From an uncultured Spirochaetota bacterium (lineage in GTDB: Bacteria; Spirochaetota; Spirochaetia; SZUA-6; Fen-1364), in NCBI GenBank assembly GCA_963781885.1, contig CAWAHW010000003.1, positions 32,001 through 96,000 of the forward strand: a stretch of 64,000 nt of DNA, given 5' to 3'. The notes beneath the pieces are model-generated. The model searched no databases, was not told the origin of the DNA, and was given only the letters and a program-made list of their open reading frames with translations. Position numbers and translations under genes: made by a program. Shown here in pieces: positions 1 to 10,428 of this stretch. Positions within the stretch are counted from its first letter, which is position 1; the number at the start of each line of letters is the position of its first letter.

Positions 1-1082
1 CCTATGGCTGCCTGTTCCACCTGGTAGCCCTGCAGGCACTCCACGACCGCCAGCGCGTCATCCAGGCGCTTCAACGTCACCAGCCGTCCGTCGCCGTTGA
101 AGGTGGCATCCTGCAGACGGCCTTCTATTGCATCGAGTGCAAGCCCGTCCGCCCGTCCGCACGCGCAGGGCTCCGCGCGCACGCGCCCAAGGTCGCCGAC
201 GTCGAAACGTAGCAGCGTGAACCAGCGGTTGTCCAGCGTGCTGACGAGCAGTCTGCCGACCCCGGGGTCGCCCCGGTCCGGCCGCAGCGGCTGGACCTCC
301 ACGTAACAGGTGGCCGTGTTCTGGTGAAATGTTCCTTCGCCGCACTGCGTGAAGACGTGACCGGTCTCCGTGGAGCCATATGAGCTCACCACGGGCACGC
401 GGGGAAATGCCCGCGCAATCTCCCGATAGTGGATGCATGACGGAAACTCATACGTGAGCACGATGCAGAGCGGCTGGTGGAGGCCGAGCCCCGCCTGCGT
501 CGCCGCCCGCGCGAACAGGCAGAGGTAGGCGGGGTCGGCCTCGAGCACCTCCGGGTGGAAGATGCCCAGCTCATGCGCCATGCGCCGGATCTGATCCTCG
601 TCCCACGCCGTCGGGTCGAGCGACTGGTTGAGAAAGAGCAGGTTGCCCAGGGTTCGTTCCTCCATCGAGGCATCCCCCAAATGGCAGAGACTGCCCGCGC
701 AGACGGGCGTGGTGAGAACCGCCTCCCGGTGGGGCGCGCTGAATGCCCGCGCGAGGGCGGGGTGAATGCGCGCGGCTTCCCGTTCGGATCTGTCCCACCA
801 GGGCTGGTGCCAGACGACCGACGCGCGGTCGCCCCCCGTCCCGCTCGTCGTCACGATCTCCACGTCGCCCGACGCGAAGCCCGCCTCGCAGGACCTCGTC
901 TCGTCCATGAATCCGCGGGGGACGTGGGCGCGAAGGTCGCGCTTGGTGAGCACGGGAAGCGCGGCGAGCCTTTTCTCGAACGGGAGAGACGGGCCGGGGT
1001 CGGCCTTCCGCCACGCGCGGTAGAAGGGCACACGGTCCAGGGCGCGATCGAGTGTCGACGTGCATCGATCGAGAGAGGACAC
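1..1082 (-). CDS. phenylacetate-CoA ligase / CapK-like adenylate-forming enzyme (3' end runs off the window)
   Basis: Not in the ORF track because it has no stop in the window. Manual translation from GTG 1082 gives ...VPFYRAW...LPVLTKRDLR...TTSGTGG...YGSTETG...LLRFDVGDLG...EGR, the motif series of PaaK/CapK-like ANL enzymes. AGGAGG lies upstream; the start is approximate. Confidence 0.75.
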   Translation of the reverse strand, partial: MSSLDRCTSTLDRALDRVPFYRAWRKADPGPSLPFEKRLAALPVLTKRDLRAHVPRGFMDETRSCEAGFASGDVEIVTTSGTGGDRASVVWHQPWWDRSEREAARIHPALARAFSAPHREAVLTTPVCAGSLCHLGDASMEERTLGNLLFLNQSLDPTAWDEDQIRRMAHELGIFHPEVLEADPAYLCLFARAATQAGLGLHQPLCIVLTYEFPSCIHYREIARAFPRVPVVSSYGSTETGHVFTQCGEGTFHQNTATCYVEVQPLRPDRGDPGVGRLLVSTLDNRWFTLLRFDVGDLGRVRAEPCACGRADGLALDAIEGRLQDATFNGDGRLVTLKRLDDALAVVECLQGYQVEQAAI

Positions 1083-1183
1083 CGTCAGGGAAATGGCCTG
1101 CCTCCTCCTGCTGGCATGATGGGGCGCGTGTCTGCGTGCGCCATGAACATATCCAAAACAGGGCGCCCGATCTATCCCCGGCG

Positions 1184-1212
1184 TTGACCCGCCCGCGCGG
1201 CTTTCGTACCTT
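1184..1212 (+). promoter_or_regulatory. sigma70-like promoter of bcp (TTGACC-17-TACCTT)
   Basis: TTGACC 1184-1189, 17-nt spacer, TACCTT 1207-1212, then GGAGG RBS and ATG 1230. Confidence 0.5.
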
Positions 1213-1229
1213 TTTGTCGGAGGACATCG

Positions 1230-1712
1230 ATGGACGTCGTACTTTCCCCGGGCCAGAAGGCGCCCGATTTCACACTCATGGACCAGGACGGCAGGACGGA
1301 AAAGCTCTCCGCTCACCGCGGGAAAAAGGTCCTGATCTATTTCTACCCCAAGGCGGACACCCCAGGATGCACGACCCAGTCCTGCGCCGTGCGCGATGCG
1401 CGGCAGGACATGAAGAAGCTCGGCGTCGACGTCCTGGGCATCAGCCCGGATGCACCCGAGGCGCAGAAGAAGTTCGACGTGAAGTATTCCCTCGATTTCC
1501 CCCTGCTCGCCGATGAAGACCACGCCGTCGCAGAAGCCTACGGGGTCTGGGGTGAGAAGACCAACTACGGCAAGACCTATATGGGCATCATCCGCTCGTC
1601 CTTCCTCGTGGACGAGAAGGGCGTCGTGCAGCGCGCCTGGTACAAGGTGAAGCCGGAGGACACCGTTCCGCTTGCGCGCGCGGCGCTGGAGGAGCTTGCC
1701 GCCGCACGGTAG
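1230..1712 (+). CDS. bcp: thioredoxin-dependent thiol peroxidase (Bcp/PrxQ)
   Basis: YFYPKADTPGCTTQSC peroxidatic motif, GISPD, RSSFLVD; GGAGG RBS. Confidence 0.93.
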   Translation: MDVVLSPGQKAPDFTLMDQDGRTEKLSAHRGKKVLIYFYPKADTPGCTTQSCAVRDARQDMKKLGVDVLGISPDAPEAQKKFDVKYSLDFPLLADEDHAVAEAYGVWGEKTNYGKTYMGIIRSSFLVDEKGVVQRAWYKVKPEDTVPLARAALEELAAAR

Positions 1713-1721
1713 GGCGCGCGC

Positions 1722-3299
1722 CTATTCGATGAAGTGGCAGCCCAGCGATCTCCCGTTTGAGGCCGCGGCGCCGACGATGAGCTGCGCGGCCACCACCGCG
1801 TTGCGCAGCTCGATGATGGAGCGGCTCACCGCGGCCTGTCGGTAGAACTTCTCGATCCTGTGCCCCAGGTAGTTCAGGTCCGCCTGCGCCCGCTCCAGGC
1901 GCTTGGCCGTGCGGATGATGCCGGCATAGTTCCACATCGTCGACTGGATGCTCACCATGTCCTGCTGGATGAGGACGGGGTCGAACTCTTCCATCGGCGT
2001 GGGGGATACCCAGGTGGGGATGTTTCGCTTCAGCTGTGCGGAGAGGGGGGAGAGGTTGCGCGCCGCGTCGATGCCCGCCGCGCGGCCGAAGTAGAGGCCC
2101 TCCAGCAGCGACACCGAGGCGAGCCGGTTCGCGCCGTGCACGCCGGTGCATGCCGTCTCCCCTGCCGCGTAGAGCCCGGGAACGGAGGTGCGCCCGGTGA
2201 GACCGACCTTGATGCCGCCGCAGAAATAGTGCGCCGCCGGCACGACGGGGATCGGCTCGCGACGGATGTCCAGGCCCACGCTCATGCAGGTCTGGAAGAT
2301 GCCCGGGAAGCGCTCCTCCAGCGGGGAGCCGTCGGCGCTGCGCGCGTCCAGCAGCAGGTAGTCGGTGCCCGCGTTCTCCATCTCCCGGTACATGGCGCGG
2401 GAGACCTCGTCGCGCGGGGCGAGGTCGGCGCGCGCGGGGTCGTACTTCTTCATGAAGCGCTCGCCCTGGTGGTTGATGAGGTGCGCCCCTTCGCCCCGCA
2501 GCGCCTCGGAGATGAGGAACCTCTTCACGTCGCGATGGAAGAGCACGGTGGGATGGAACTGGATGTATTCCGCGTTGATGATCTCCGCCCCGACGCGGCT
2601 TGCCATTGCCAGGCCGTCGCCCGTCGCGCAGGGAGGGTTGGACGTATGGAGGAAGAGGTTGCCGACGCCGCCCGTTGCCAGAAGAACCGCGGGCGCGAAA
2701 AAGGCCTTCACCTCGTTCGCTGCCGAGTCCCAGAGATAGGCGCCGATCACCCGCGTACGGCGGTATCGCTCCTGCGAATCGTTGGAGTTGTGGGTGTTGG
2801 TGATCAGGTCGATGGCCGCGTGCGCCGGGAAGAGCTGGATGCGCGCGTTGCCTTTCACCGCTGCCGCGAGTGACGTTTCGATGGCATGCCCGGTGGTGTC
2901 CTTGGAGTAGTAGATGCGGCGCACGGAATGAGCCGCCTCCTGCGTCCGCGCGGGTCTGCCGCTGCCGTCCTTCGTAAAGGGAACGCCGAGCCGGCGCACG
3001 AGCATGTCGTCCACGAGCGCGGGACCTTCGGCGGCCAGCAGCTCCACCGCCTCGCGGCAGTTCAGCCCGTCTCCCGCCACCGTGATGTCCTGCGTGAGGA
3101 GGCCGGGGGAGTCTCCCTCGCCGGCGGCGACGATCCCGCCCTGGGCATAGCGGGTGTTGCACTCCTCCAGCAGCGCCTCCTTGGAGACGAGCGCCACGGC
3201 GCGTCCCTCCTCCGCGGCGGCGAGCGCGGCCGTCATGCCCGCGATGCCGGAACCGATGATGATGAGGTCGAACTCGTAGACAGGATCGCGCGGCACCAT
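1722..3299 (-). CDS. nadB: L-aspartate oxidase
   Basis: GSGIAG FAD motif, YAQGGI, QFHPT, LISEALRGEG, GVHGANRLAS; adjacent to nadC. Confidence 0.93.
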   Translation of the reverse strand: MVPRDPVYEFDLIIIGSGIAGMTAALAAAEEGRAVALVSKEALLEECNTRYAQGGIVAAGEGDSPGLLTQDITVAGDGLNCREAVELLAAEGPALVDDMLVRRLGVPFTKDGSGRPARTQEAAHSVRRIYYSKDTTGHAIETSLAAAVKGNARIQLFPAHAAIDLITNTHNSNDSQERYRRTRVIGAYLWDSAANEVKAFFAPAVLLATGGVGNLFLHTSNPPCATGDGLAMASRVGAEIINAEYIQFHPTVLFHRDVKRFLISEALRGEGAHLINHQGERFMKKYDPARADLAPRDEVSRAMYREMENAGTDYLLLDARSADGSPLEERFPGIFQTCMSVGLDIRREPIPVVPAAHYFCGGIKVGLTGRTSVPGLYAAGETACTGVHGANRLASVSLLEGLYFGRAAGIDAARNLSPLSAQLKRNIPTWVSPTPMEEFDPVLIQQDMVSIQSTMWNYAGIIRTAKRLERAQADLNYLGHRIEKFYRQAAVSRSIIELRNAVVAAQLIVGAAASNGRSLGCHFIE

Positions 3300-3308
3300 A
3301 CGTCCTTT

Positions 3309-4142
3309 CTAGTCGATCTTCAGCGAGAAATCGAACGACCGCACGGAATGGGTGAGGGCCCCGACGGAGATGTAGTCCACGCCCGCGGCGCTCGCCGCCG
3401 GAACGGTGTCCGCGTTCATGGCACCCGATGCCTCCACCTTGGCGCGGCCCGCGATGCGCCGCACCTGTTCCCGCATCCTGTCGGGATCCATGTTGTCCAG
3501 CATGATGATGTCCGCCCCCGCGTCCAGCGCATCCTCCACCTCGGCGTCGTTGCGGCATTCCACCTCCACGGTGAAACGCGTGCCCCATTTGTCGCGCACG
3601 CGGCGCACCGCCGCGGCGATGGAGCCGGCCGCATCGATGTGGTTGTCCTTGATGAGGATCATGTCGTAGAGGCCCTGGCGGTGATTCTTCCCGCCGCCCA
3701 CCGTCACGGCGTACTTGGAAAGCGCCCGCCACCCGGGGAGCGTCTTCCGCGTGTCGAGGATGACGGCATGCCCGGAATCCCGGGCCAGCGCCGCCAGCGT
3801 GTGCGTGGCAGTGGCGATGCCCGACAGGAAGGAGATGAAGTTCAGCGCCGTCCGCTCACCCGCCAGGAGGGAACCGGTCTTCCCGCGGACGCCCGCAACC
3901 CGGTCCCCCTTGCGCAGCGCCGCCCCGTCGTGCATCGAAAAGCTCACCGTGGTTGTCGGATCGATCTGGCGGAACACGGCGCTGAAGACCGCTTCGCCCG
4001 CAAGGATGCCGGTGTCCTTGCTCCATAGCGCGGCCGCGCCTTTTTCGTCGGGGACCACGGCCTGCGACGTGATGTCGCCGGGATTTGCCAGGTCTTCCTT
4101 CAAAGCCATTGCTATCAGCGGCAGGTAGTCACTTTCCACCAT
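3309..4142 (-). CDS. nadC: nicotinate-nucleotide diphosphorylase (carboxylating)
   Basis: GDITS, ERTALN, LDTRKTLPG, IKDNH, MLDN, EASG, ISVGALTHS. ATG 4142 preferred because the ORF-track TTG at 4178 coincides with a -35 box. Confidence 0.94.
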   Translation of the reverse strand: MVESDYLPLIAMALKEDLANPGDITSQAVVPDEKGAAALWSKDTGILAGEAVFSAVFRQIDPTTTVSFSMHDGAALRKGDRVAGVRGKTGSLLAGERTALNFISFLSGIATATHTLAALARDSGHAVILDTRKTLPGWRALSKYAVTVGGGKNHRQGLYDMILIKDNHIDAAGSIAAAVRRVRDKWGTRFTVEVECRNDAEVEDALDAGADIIMLDNMDPDRMREQVRRIAGRAKVEASGAMNADTVPAASAAGVDYISVGALTHSVRSFDFSLKID

Positions 4143-4149
4143 GCTGTCA

Positions 4150-4178
4150 AGAATAAGTCGCAGCTTTTCGGGGATCAA
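4150..4178 (-). promoter_or_regulatory. leaderless-type promoter of nadC (TTGATC-17-TATTCT-7nt-ATG)
   Basis: Minus strand: TTGATC 4178-4173, TATTCT 4155-4150, ATG 4142 with no SD sequence. Confidence 0.5.
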
Positions 4179-4199
4179 GTGGTCGCGTCCTGGGACGGC

Positions 4200-5117
4200 C
4201 TACTCCCGCAGCGGCACCAGGAGGAACGGGACGCGGGCGCGGGAGACGACGCGCGCGGCAACGCTGCCTTCCCAGAAGGCATCGGTGCCGGCGCGTCCAT
4301 GGGTGCCCATGACGATTAGGTTCGCCGAAAGCCGCCGCGCCGTTCGTACGATCGCGCGCGCCGGGTCCCCGCGGGAGGTTTCTGTTCCCGTCGTGATGCC
4401 CTTCTGCTGGAACGGCAGGGCCGCTCCCTGGAGATACTCCTGGGCGCCCGCGCTTTCCATTTCCAGTTTCAGGCGGGTGGCTCCCGGCAGGAGCGTGCTG
4501 GTCCACTTCTCCGAGCCGGTGAGCTCCGCGACATGCGGCGTGACCATGAGGAGGTGGAGCGTGCACCCGAATGCCGCGGCCAGGTCCCCGGCGATGGGCA
4601 GGCCCTTCTCGTGGGAAGGGTTCCCGTCCACCGGCGCGAGGATCAGGTGCCAGCCCTCCCGCGACCCGGCTTCTCCGTTCGGCCAGACCAGGAGCACCGG
4701 GGTGGCGCCCAGGCCGATGACCTGCTGGGCCATGCTGCCCGAAAACAGCCGGCGCGCGCCCCCGCGGCCGTGCGTGCTCATGACAACCAGGTCCGGGGCG
4801 AGCTCCGCCGTATGCTCCGTGATGCTGCGCGCGACGTCACGCACCTCGGCCTCATGGACGTGGGTCTGCACGGAAAGCCCCGCGCAGATCGGTCGGCGTG
4901 ACACCTCGGTGAGGTAGGCGGCGGCCTCCCGCGGCGTCACGAGGTGGCGCTCGCTGTGGACCTCCGACGGGGCGTTTCTCTCGATGACATGCACGAGCGT
5001 GAGCGCCGCGTGGGTGCGCGCCGCGATGTCCGCCGCCATCGGCAGCGCCGATTCGGCCATGACGGAACCGTCCAAAGGAACAAGGAGGTGCGTGAACATT
5101 GCATCACCCTCCCACAA
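4200..5117 (-). CDS. tandem-domain universal stress protein
   Basis: Two USP domains: LLVPLDGS...VMSTHGRGG...GS and LAPVDG...VMGTHGR...GSVA. The start may be MFTHLL at 5099. Confidence 0.9.
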   Translation of the reverse strand: MWEGDAMFTHLLVPLDGSVMAESALPMAADIAARTHAALTLVHVIERNAPSEVHSERHLVTPREAAAYLTEVSRRPICAGLSVQTHVHEAEVRDVARSITEHTAELAPDLVVMSTHGRGGARRLFSGSMAQQVIGLGATPVLLVWPNGEAGSREGWHLILAPVDGNPSHEKGLPIAGDLAAAFGCTLHLLMVTPHVAELTGSEKWTSTLLPGATRLKLEMESAGAQEYLQGAALPFQQKGITTGTETSRGDPARAIVRTARRLSANLIVMGTHGRAGTDAFWEGSVAARVVSRARVPFLLVPLRE

Positions 5118-6390
5118 AGGTCTGGTAGAGGAGATAGACGTTAAGCGCCACGATCAGCGCGGCGGTGAGCCAGGCGAGGATGGTTGTCACTCCCTTGTTG
5201 ACCAGCACACCCATGATATCCCTGCGCTGCGTGAAAAGCACGAGCGGAATGATGGCGAAGGGAAGACCGAAGCTGAGGAATACCTGGCTGATGACGAGCG
5301 TGCGCGTCGGGTCGAGTCCGAGGAAGATGACGATCAGGGACGGCACCATGGTCATGAGCCTCCGTACCCACGAGGGGATGCGGCGCTTGAGGAAGCCCTG
5401 CATGATGACCTGGCCGGCCATGGTACCAACCGTGGAGGAAGACAATCCCGAGGCAAGAAGTGACACGCCGAAGACCCAGCTCGCCGCCTTGCCCAGCAGG
5501 GGCTCCAGCGTACGGTGCGCATCCACCAGGGAGCCCATGGTCGTGATGCCTTTCGCGAAAAACGTCGCGGCCGCCATGACGAGCATCGCCATGTTGATGA
5601 GCCCGGCCACTCCCATGGCGATGGTGACGTCGATCACTTCGAACCGCAGGAGCCGGCGCAGCTTCCCCGGGTCGCGCACGATGATGCGCTTCTGCGTGAG
5701 GGAGGAATGCAGGTAAATGGCATGCGGCATCACGGTCGCACCGAGTATCCCAACGGCCAGGAGCACGCTTTCGGGTCCCTGGAGCTGCGGGACCACCATG
5801 TGAAAGAGAACCTGTCCCATGGGGGGCTTGTCGAGGATGGTCTCCACGAGATAGCTCACGGCGATGACGCCGACAAAGCCGCTGATCACCGCCTCCAGCG
5901 GCCGGAACCCGAATCGCTCGAGGCCGAGGATCAGGAATGTCACGATGCCCGTGATGATGCCCGCGATCCACAGGGGCACACCCAGGAGGATGTAGAACCC
6001 CAGCGCGGCGCCGAGGAACTCGGCGAGGTCCGTGGCCATTGCCACGATCTCCGCGAGCAGCCACATACCGACCACCACGGGCCGGCGGAACTGTTCGCGG
6101 CAATGCTCGGCAAGATTCTTCCCCGAGGCGATGCCGAGCTTCGCCGAAAGGGTCTGGACGAGCATGGCGATGAGGTTGGATACAAAAATCACCCAGAGGA
6201 GCATCAGCCCGTACTGCGCCCCGCCCGAGATGTTCGTGGCAAAGTTGCCGGGGTCCATGTAAGCGATGCTTGCGATGAACGCGGGTCCCAGGAAGGGAAG
6301 CAGGCGGCGCAGACGACTCTGTTTGCCTTTTCCCGCAAGGGTCTTCTTCGCGCTGGCAAGCGTCCGGCGGTCGCCCTGCTTCACCGTCAT
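5104..6390 (-). CDS. mntH: Nramp-family Mn2+/Fe2+ transporter MntH
   Basis: GPAFIASIAYMDPGNFATN, GATVMPHAIYLHS, GTMAGQ. Real start MTVKQG at 6390; the ORF-track extension overlaps lysS. Confidence 0.93.
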   Translation of the reverse strand: MTVKQGDRRTLASAKKTLAGKGKQSRLRRLLPFLGPAFIASIAYMDPGNFATNISGGAQYGLMLLWVIFVSNLIAMLVQTLSAKLGIASGKNLAEHCREQFRRPVVVGMWLLAEIVAMATDLAEFLGAALGFYILLGVPLWIAGIITGIVTFLILGLERFGFRPLEAVISGFVGVIAVSYLVETILDKPPMGQVLFHMVVPQLQGPESVLLAVGILGATVMPHAIYLHSSLTQKRIIVRDPGKLRRLLRFEVIDVTIAMGVAGLINMAMLVMAAATFFAKGITTMGSLVDAHRTLEPLLGKAASWVFGVSLLASGLSSSTVGTMAGQVIMQGFLKRRIPSWVRRLMTMVPSLIVIFLGLDPTRTLVISQVFLSFGLPFAIIPLVLFTQRRDIMGVLVNKGVTTILAWLTAALIVALNVYLLYQTFVGG

Positions 6391-6392
6391 TC

Positions 6393-7973
6393 CTACGTCC
6401 CCTCGGAGAGGTGCGCCTCCAGGCGCTCGATGCAGCGGGCGTATCCCAGGAGCGCGATGAAGCTGCCGATGCGCGGTCCCTGCGACTGGCCCAGAAAGAT
6501 GCGATAGAGGGTGCGAAACCAGTCCCGGCCCTTGATGTCCCGGTCCTTGGCCACCTGGAAGACGAGCGTCTGGAGGGAATCCGCGTCCGGCGCGCCGTCC
6601 GCCGCGGAAAGGCGCGCAAGCTCGTCGCGCAGCGCGCCGACGGCCGCGTCTGCCGCGTGGTCGGCCTTCTCCGCGGTGCGCGTGGGCAGGAGCACCTCCC
6701 GGTAGTAGGTGAGGGCGTCCTCGATGAGCTGCTCGTAGTAGGCCACATTGCCCGCGATGTCCGGCTGGAACTTCAGGAGGTAGTCGCGCACCATGGCCGG
6801 GTCGTCCTGGTTGAGCGCGAGGATCAGCTCGAGGATGAGTGAATAGCTCACGCCCTTTCCTCCGCCGAGCTTGCCCGCGTGCGCCCCCTTGGAGAGGCGC
6901 GAGATGAACGGGACGGGCGAATCCTCCGAGCCGTCGTACTGGTCGACGAGCTCCAGGTACTGGTCGACGATCTCGGGCAGGATGGGCAGGCCCATCTTCT
7001 TGGCCTGCTGGGGCTTGCTGTACATGACGTAGAGGAGCGAATCGACCGGGGCGAATCGAAGCCACTGCTCGAGCGAGATGCCATTGCCGATCTTCTTGGA
7101 GATCTTCTTGCCCTTCTCGTCGAGAAAAAGCTCGTACTTGAAGAGCTCGGGCGGCTCGCCACCCAGGATCTTCACGATCCGGGAGGAAAGGCGCGCCGAG
7201 TCCAGGAGGTCCTCCCCGTGCATCTCGTAGTCGACGCCCAGCGAATACCAGCGCAGCGCCCAGTCCACCTTCCAGCCGACCTTGCATCGCCCGCCGAGCA
7301 CGCTCGTGTGGCCGGTGTGACCGCAGGCTTCGTAGCGACCCGCAAGCGGCGTGTCGCAGGCGTAGGCGACGCTGTGCGTCGCCCGGTCGAGCTCCGTCAC
7401 CCGGGTCGTGTAGACCCTGCCGCATTTTTCACAGATGGGGAAGAAGGGGCTCCAGGCGGCGCGCTTCTCCTCCGCGATGGTCGCCTTGAACAACGCGCTG
7501 ATCTCGTCGTAGTGCGTCATGATGCGCCGCAGGCCCTCGTCGAAGACGCCGGAGGCGTACTGCTCCGTGGAGGAGGCGAACTGGTAGCGGAACCCGTAGG
7601 AATCGAGGAATTCGCGCAGGCGCTTGTTCATATAGTGCGCGAATGACTTCTCCTCGCCGAAGGGATCGGGGATCGAGGTGAGGGGTTTTCCCAGGTGCGT
7701 CTTGAGCATCTCGGCGTTTGGCAGGTTGCGCGGAACGTCCCGAAGTCCGTCCATGTCGTCGGAAAAGGCGATGATCTTCGAGTCGATGCCCGGTTCCAGC
7801 GTTGCAAGGGCCTGGAGCACGAACGACGTGCGCGCCACCTCGCCGAACGTGCCGATGTGGGGCAGACCGGACGGGCCATAGCCTGTCTCCGCCGTCACCG
7901 CGCGGGTGCCGATCTTCGAAAGACGATCGATGATGCGCTGCGCCTCGACAAATGGCCATTCTTTGTGCGTCAT
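6393..7973 (-). CDS. lysS: lysine--tRNA ligase, class I
   Basis: [13 protein letters not shown] (HIGH), KISKKIGN (KMSKS-like), C-terminal GPRIGSF. Confidence 0.93.
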   Translation of the reverse strand: MTHKEWPFVEAQRIIDRLSKIGTRAVTAETGYGPSGLPHIGTFGEVARTSFVLQALATLEPGIDSKIIAFSDDMDGLRDVPRNLPNAEMLKTHLGKPLTSIPDPFGEEKSFAHYMNKRLREFLDSYGFRYQFASSTEQYASGVFDEGLRRIMTHYDEISALFKATIAEEKRAAWSPFFPICEKCGRVYTTRVTELDRATHSVAYACDTPLAGRYEACGHTGHTSVLGGRCKVGWKVDWALRWYSLGVDYEMHGEDLLDSARLSSRIVKILGGEPPELFKYELFLDEKGKKISKKIGNGISLEQWLRFAPVDSLLYVMYSKPQQAKKMGLPILPEIVDQYLELVDQYDGSEDSPVPFISRLSKGAHAGKLGGGKGVSYSLILELILALNQDDPAMVRDYLLKFQPDIAGNVAYYEQLIEDALTYYREVLLPTRTAEKADHAADAAVGALRDELARLSAADGAPDADSLQTLVFQVAKDRDIKGRDWFRTLYRIFLGQSQGPRIGSFIALLGYARCIERLEAHLSEGT

Positions 7974-8078
7974 ACCGTACGACCTTCATATCCCTTTGCC
8001 CGGCCGGCAGTCAAGGACGGGGCGGAATTCAGTTGGCCCTCCCGATCATTGGAGTGTACTTTAGAGCCCAGGCAGATC

Positions 8079-9788
8079 ATGGAAGACAGCACACATTCGC
8101 GACGGTGCACCGGCGCCAAGGCCGTGGTGCACATGCTGGAGAAGCAGGGGGTGAAATACGTCTTCGGCCTCCCCGGCGGGGCCGCCATTCCGCTGTTCGA
8201 CGCGCTGGTGGATTCGACCATCCACCTCGTGCTCACGCGGCACGAGCAGGGCGCCACGCACATGGCGGATGGATACGCGCGCGCAACGGGCGAGCCTGCC
8301 GTCGTGCTCGTCACGTCGGGCCCCGGCGCCACCAACACGATCACCGGCATCCTCACCGCCGCGATGGATTCCGTCCCGATGGTCATCATCACGGGCCAGG
8401 CCAATGTTTCCAGCCTGGGGCTGGATGCATTCCAGGAGGCGGACGTCTCGGGCATCTCCCTTCCGGTGGTGAAGCATTCCTACCTCGTGAAGAACGCGGC
8501 CGACATCCCGCGCGTCGTGCGGGAGGCCTTCTACATCGCCCGGTCGGGAAGGCCCGGGCCCGTTCTCATCGACGTGCCCAAGGACTGCTCCAACGCGACC
8601 ATCGAGCTCCGCGAGGACGAAGAGTTCCAGCTCCCCGGCTATCACGTGCCCTCCGCCGGGGACCCCGCGCAGATCGCCTGCGCGGCGGGCATGCTGCACA
8701 AGGCGAAACGGCCCATCCTGCTCGTCGGCCACGGCGCGGTCATTTCGGGCGCCGGGGCCGAGCTGCGCACGCTCGCGGAGACAATGCGCATTCCGGTCAC
8801 GAACACGCTGCTGGGCAAGGGGGCGTTTCCCGAAACTCATTCACTGTCTATGGGCATGCTCGGCATGCACGGCACCGCCTATGCCAACAAGGCGATGGTG
8901 GACTCTGACCTGATCATGTCGGTGGGCTCGCGGTGGGATGACCGGATCACGGGGACCCCGGAGACCTTCTGCCCGGACGCGGTGAAGATACACATCGACA
9001 TCGACCCGTCGGAGATCAACAAGCTCTACACGATGGACTGCGCGATCGTGGGGGATGCACGGACGGTGCTTTCGTCCCTCAACGAGCACCTCGAGCCGGG
9101 CGACACCGCGGAATGGCTCGCGCGGATAGAAGAGTGGAAGAGACTGCATCCCCTCCATTACCACCGGCGCGGCACGTTCGAGGCCCAGTACGTCATCGAC
9201 GAGCTGTACCGGCAGACGGAAGGCAAGGCAGTCGTCACGACCGACGTCGGCCAGCACCAGATGTGGGCGGCCCAGTTCTACCGCACGGACGAGCGCTTCC
9301 ACTGGATCAGCTCGGGCGGGGCGGGGACCATGGGCTTCGGCTTCCCCGCGGCCATCGGCGCGCAGCTTGCGCGGCCGGACGCGCTGGTCTGCGCGATCGT
9401 CGGGGACGGGGGGTTCCAGATGACCATGTCCGAGCTTTCCACCGCCGTGAACCTGAAGCTGCCGCTGAAGGTGCTCATCATCAACAACCGCTACCTCGGC
9501 ATGGTGCGCCAGTGGCAGAATCTCTTCTATGAAAACCGTCTCTCCGGCGTGGACCTCCAGGGGAACCCCGACTTCGTGAAGCTCGCGGAGGCCTATGGCT
9601 GCAAGGCCATCCGCATCAAGCGCATCGGGGACGTAAAGGAAGGCATCGAAAAGGCGCTCGCCTGGAAGGACGGCCCGGTTGTCATCGATGCGGAAGTGGA
9701 AAAGGAAGACAACGTGTACCCCATGATCCCCGCGGGCGCCGCTCTCCGCGACATGCTGCTCGGCCCCCCGCGCAAGGAGCAGGCATGA
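8079..9788 (+). CDS. ilvB: acetolactate synthase large subunit
   Basis: [42 protein letters not shown] ThDP motif. Confidence 0.95.
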   Translation: MEDSTHSRRCTGAKAVVHMLEKQGVKYVFGLPGGAAIPLFDALVDSTIHLVLTRHEQGATHMADGYARATGEPAVVLVTSGPGATNTITGILTAAMDSVPMVIITGQANVSSLGLDAFQEADVSGISLPVVKHSYLVKNAADIPRVVREAFYIARSGRPGPVLIDVPKDCSNATIELREDEEFQLPGYHVPSAGDPAQIACAAGMLHKAKRPILLVGHGAVISGAGAELRTLAETMRIPVTNTLLGKGAFPETHSLSMGMLGMHGTAYANKAMVDSDLIMSVGSRWDDRITGTPETFCPDAVKIHIDIDPSEINKLYTMDCAIVGDARTVLSSLNEHLEPGDTAEWLARIEEWKRLHPLHYHRRGTFEAQYVIDELYRQTEGKAVVTTDVGQHQMWAAQFYRTDERFHWISSGGAGTMGFGFPAAIGAQLARPDALVCAIVGDGGFQMTMSELSTAVNLKLPLKVLIINNRYLGMVRQWQNLFYENRLSGVDLQGNPDFVKLAEAYGCKAIRIKRIGDVKEGIEKALAWKDGPVVIDAEVEKEDNVYPMIPAGAALRDMLLGPPRKEQA

Positions 9789-9791
9789 GCC

Positions 9792-9912
9792 CGGTAATAC
9801 TCATTTTGCTTCCCGGCGGGAGCGCTTCTCATTTTGCACGATATTTGGGAAGGCATTTTTGGCACCAATTCCTTTATCCGCCTACCCAGGAAGGTGCAAA
9901 ATGAGAAGCGCT
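9792..9912. mobile_element. ~121-bp non-autonomous MITE-like element, copy 1 (empty)
   Basis: Flanked by the 10-bp direct repeat GGCATGAGCC (9782-9791 / 9913-9922), which duplicates the ilvB stop/ilvN start. Contains the perfect 19-bp inverted repeat AGCGCTTCTCATTTTGCAC (9821-9839 / 9894-9912) plus an extra TACTCATTTTG copy. Colinear with 41080-41192+42677-42683. Confidence 0.75.
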
Positions 9913-9915
9913 GGC

Positions 9916-10425
9916 ATGAGCCAGACCCCTCCCACCGTGAAGCGCCACATGGTGAGCCTCTACGTGGCGAACAAGTTCGGCGTGCTGAACCGGGTGGCGC
10001 TGGTGTTCGCGCGCCGCGGCTTCAACATCGACAGCCTCGTCGTCTCGGAGGCCTTCGACCCGGCCTTCTCCCACATGAACATCGTGGCCACGGGGGACGA
10101 GAAGACCATCGTGCAGATCATCAACGCGCTCAACAAGCTCGTGGACGTCGTCCATGCGACCGACAATACTGGCAAGGACGTGATCCAGCGCGAGCTCGCC
10201 CTCGTGAAGGTGAGCTGCGCGCCGGAGAAGCGCACCGAGGTCCTCGACGTCGTGCACACCTTCAAGGGCCAGGTGGTGGACCTGGCGGAGAAGGCGCTCA
10301 CCGTCCAGGTCACGGGCAACTCGGAGAAAGTGGACGCGCTGCACCGGATGCTCGGACGCTACGGGGTCATCGAGATGGTGCGCACGGGCAAGGTCATCGT
10401 GTCGCGCGGCGAAGAGGTCACCTGA
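9916..10425 (+). CDS. ilvN: acetolactate synthase small (regulatory) subunit
   Basis: ACT domain NKFGVLNRVALVFARRGFNIDSL, RELALVKV, EMVRTG. Confidence 0.94.
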   Translation: MSQTPPTVKRHMVSLYVANKFGVLNRVALVFARRGFNIDSLVVSEAFDPAFSHMNIVATGDEKTIVQIINALNKLVDVVHATDNTGKDVIQRELALVKVSCAPEKRTEVLDVVHTFKGQVVDLAEKALTVQVTGNSEKVDALHRMLGRYGVIEMVRTGKVIVSRGEEVT

Positions 10426-10428
10426 AAC

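Noticed and set aside
5104-7425. 773-aa N-terminally extended MntH
   Set aside because: The extension overlaps lysS in another frame; the real start is ATG 6390.
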